A model generated the notes under the pieces. That model was not told the origin of the DNA and ran no database searches. It saw nothing but the letters and a program-made list of their open reading frames with translations. Shown here piece after piece: positions 63,931 to 64,000 of a stretch of 64,000 nucleotides of DNA. How positions within the stretch are numbered: the first letter of the stretch is position 1; every line of letters begins with the position of its first letter. The translations under genes and the position numbers were made by a program. This DNA comes from Epiperipatus broadwayi (Eukaryota; Animalia; Onychophora): assembly GCA_028023455.1 (NCBI GenBank), contig JAQFVV010000006.1, forward strand, positions 6,138,001 to 6,202,000, written 5' to 3'.

Positions 63931-64000
63931 GTAAGGATTGTTTATTGCATATGCAGAATTCAAAGGACTTAATAACTTTATAATGTTTGTAAATAGTTAG

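Noticed and set aside
1-64000. CRISPR array, rRNA or prokaryotic operon; remaining 60-100-aa ORFs
   Set aside because: No repeat-spacer array or rRNA signature. The other short ORFs are low-complexity, AT-driven (F/I/K/L/N-rich) frames without homology signals.

Overview
AT-rich, repeat-dense animal (invertebrate-like) genomic DNA, not prokaryotic; no rRNA operon or CRISPR array. The only host coding sequence I can support is one 278-bp internal exon of a matrix metalloproteinase (MMP, M10 catalytic domain) on the minus strand (9201-9478). By eye I found neither its cysteine-switch exon nor its HExxHxxGxxH exon, so the rest of the window is probably very large introns or flank. The remainder is transposon-derived: a near full-length, decayed ~5.3-kb non-LTR retrotransposon (ORF1 PHD + SGNH esterase; ORF2 APE-RT-CCHC) plus three 3' fragments, RTE-type 3' fragments, two families of Penelope-like (GIY-YIG) fragments, two mariner relics, a Merlin-like element, MITE-like elements, four tRNA-Gly-derived short repeats, and many fold-back and tandem structures. 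The main unannotated signal is a set of minimal type I hammerhead ribozymes with palindromic stem III, in at least four unrelated repeat families (six counting decayed candidates). Two families flank GIY-YIG ORFs. Others are non-coding 340-470-bp circularly permuted units resembling retrozymes, several with tRNA-like Pol III boxes. One hammerhead has an A3-U8 swap of the core C3-G8 pair. Family letters (A, B, C, D, E, E2, H, K) are my own labels. All alignments and folds were done by eye and none of the ribozymes has been tested.
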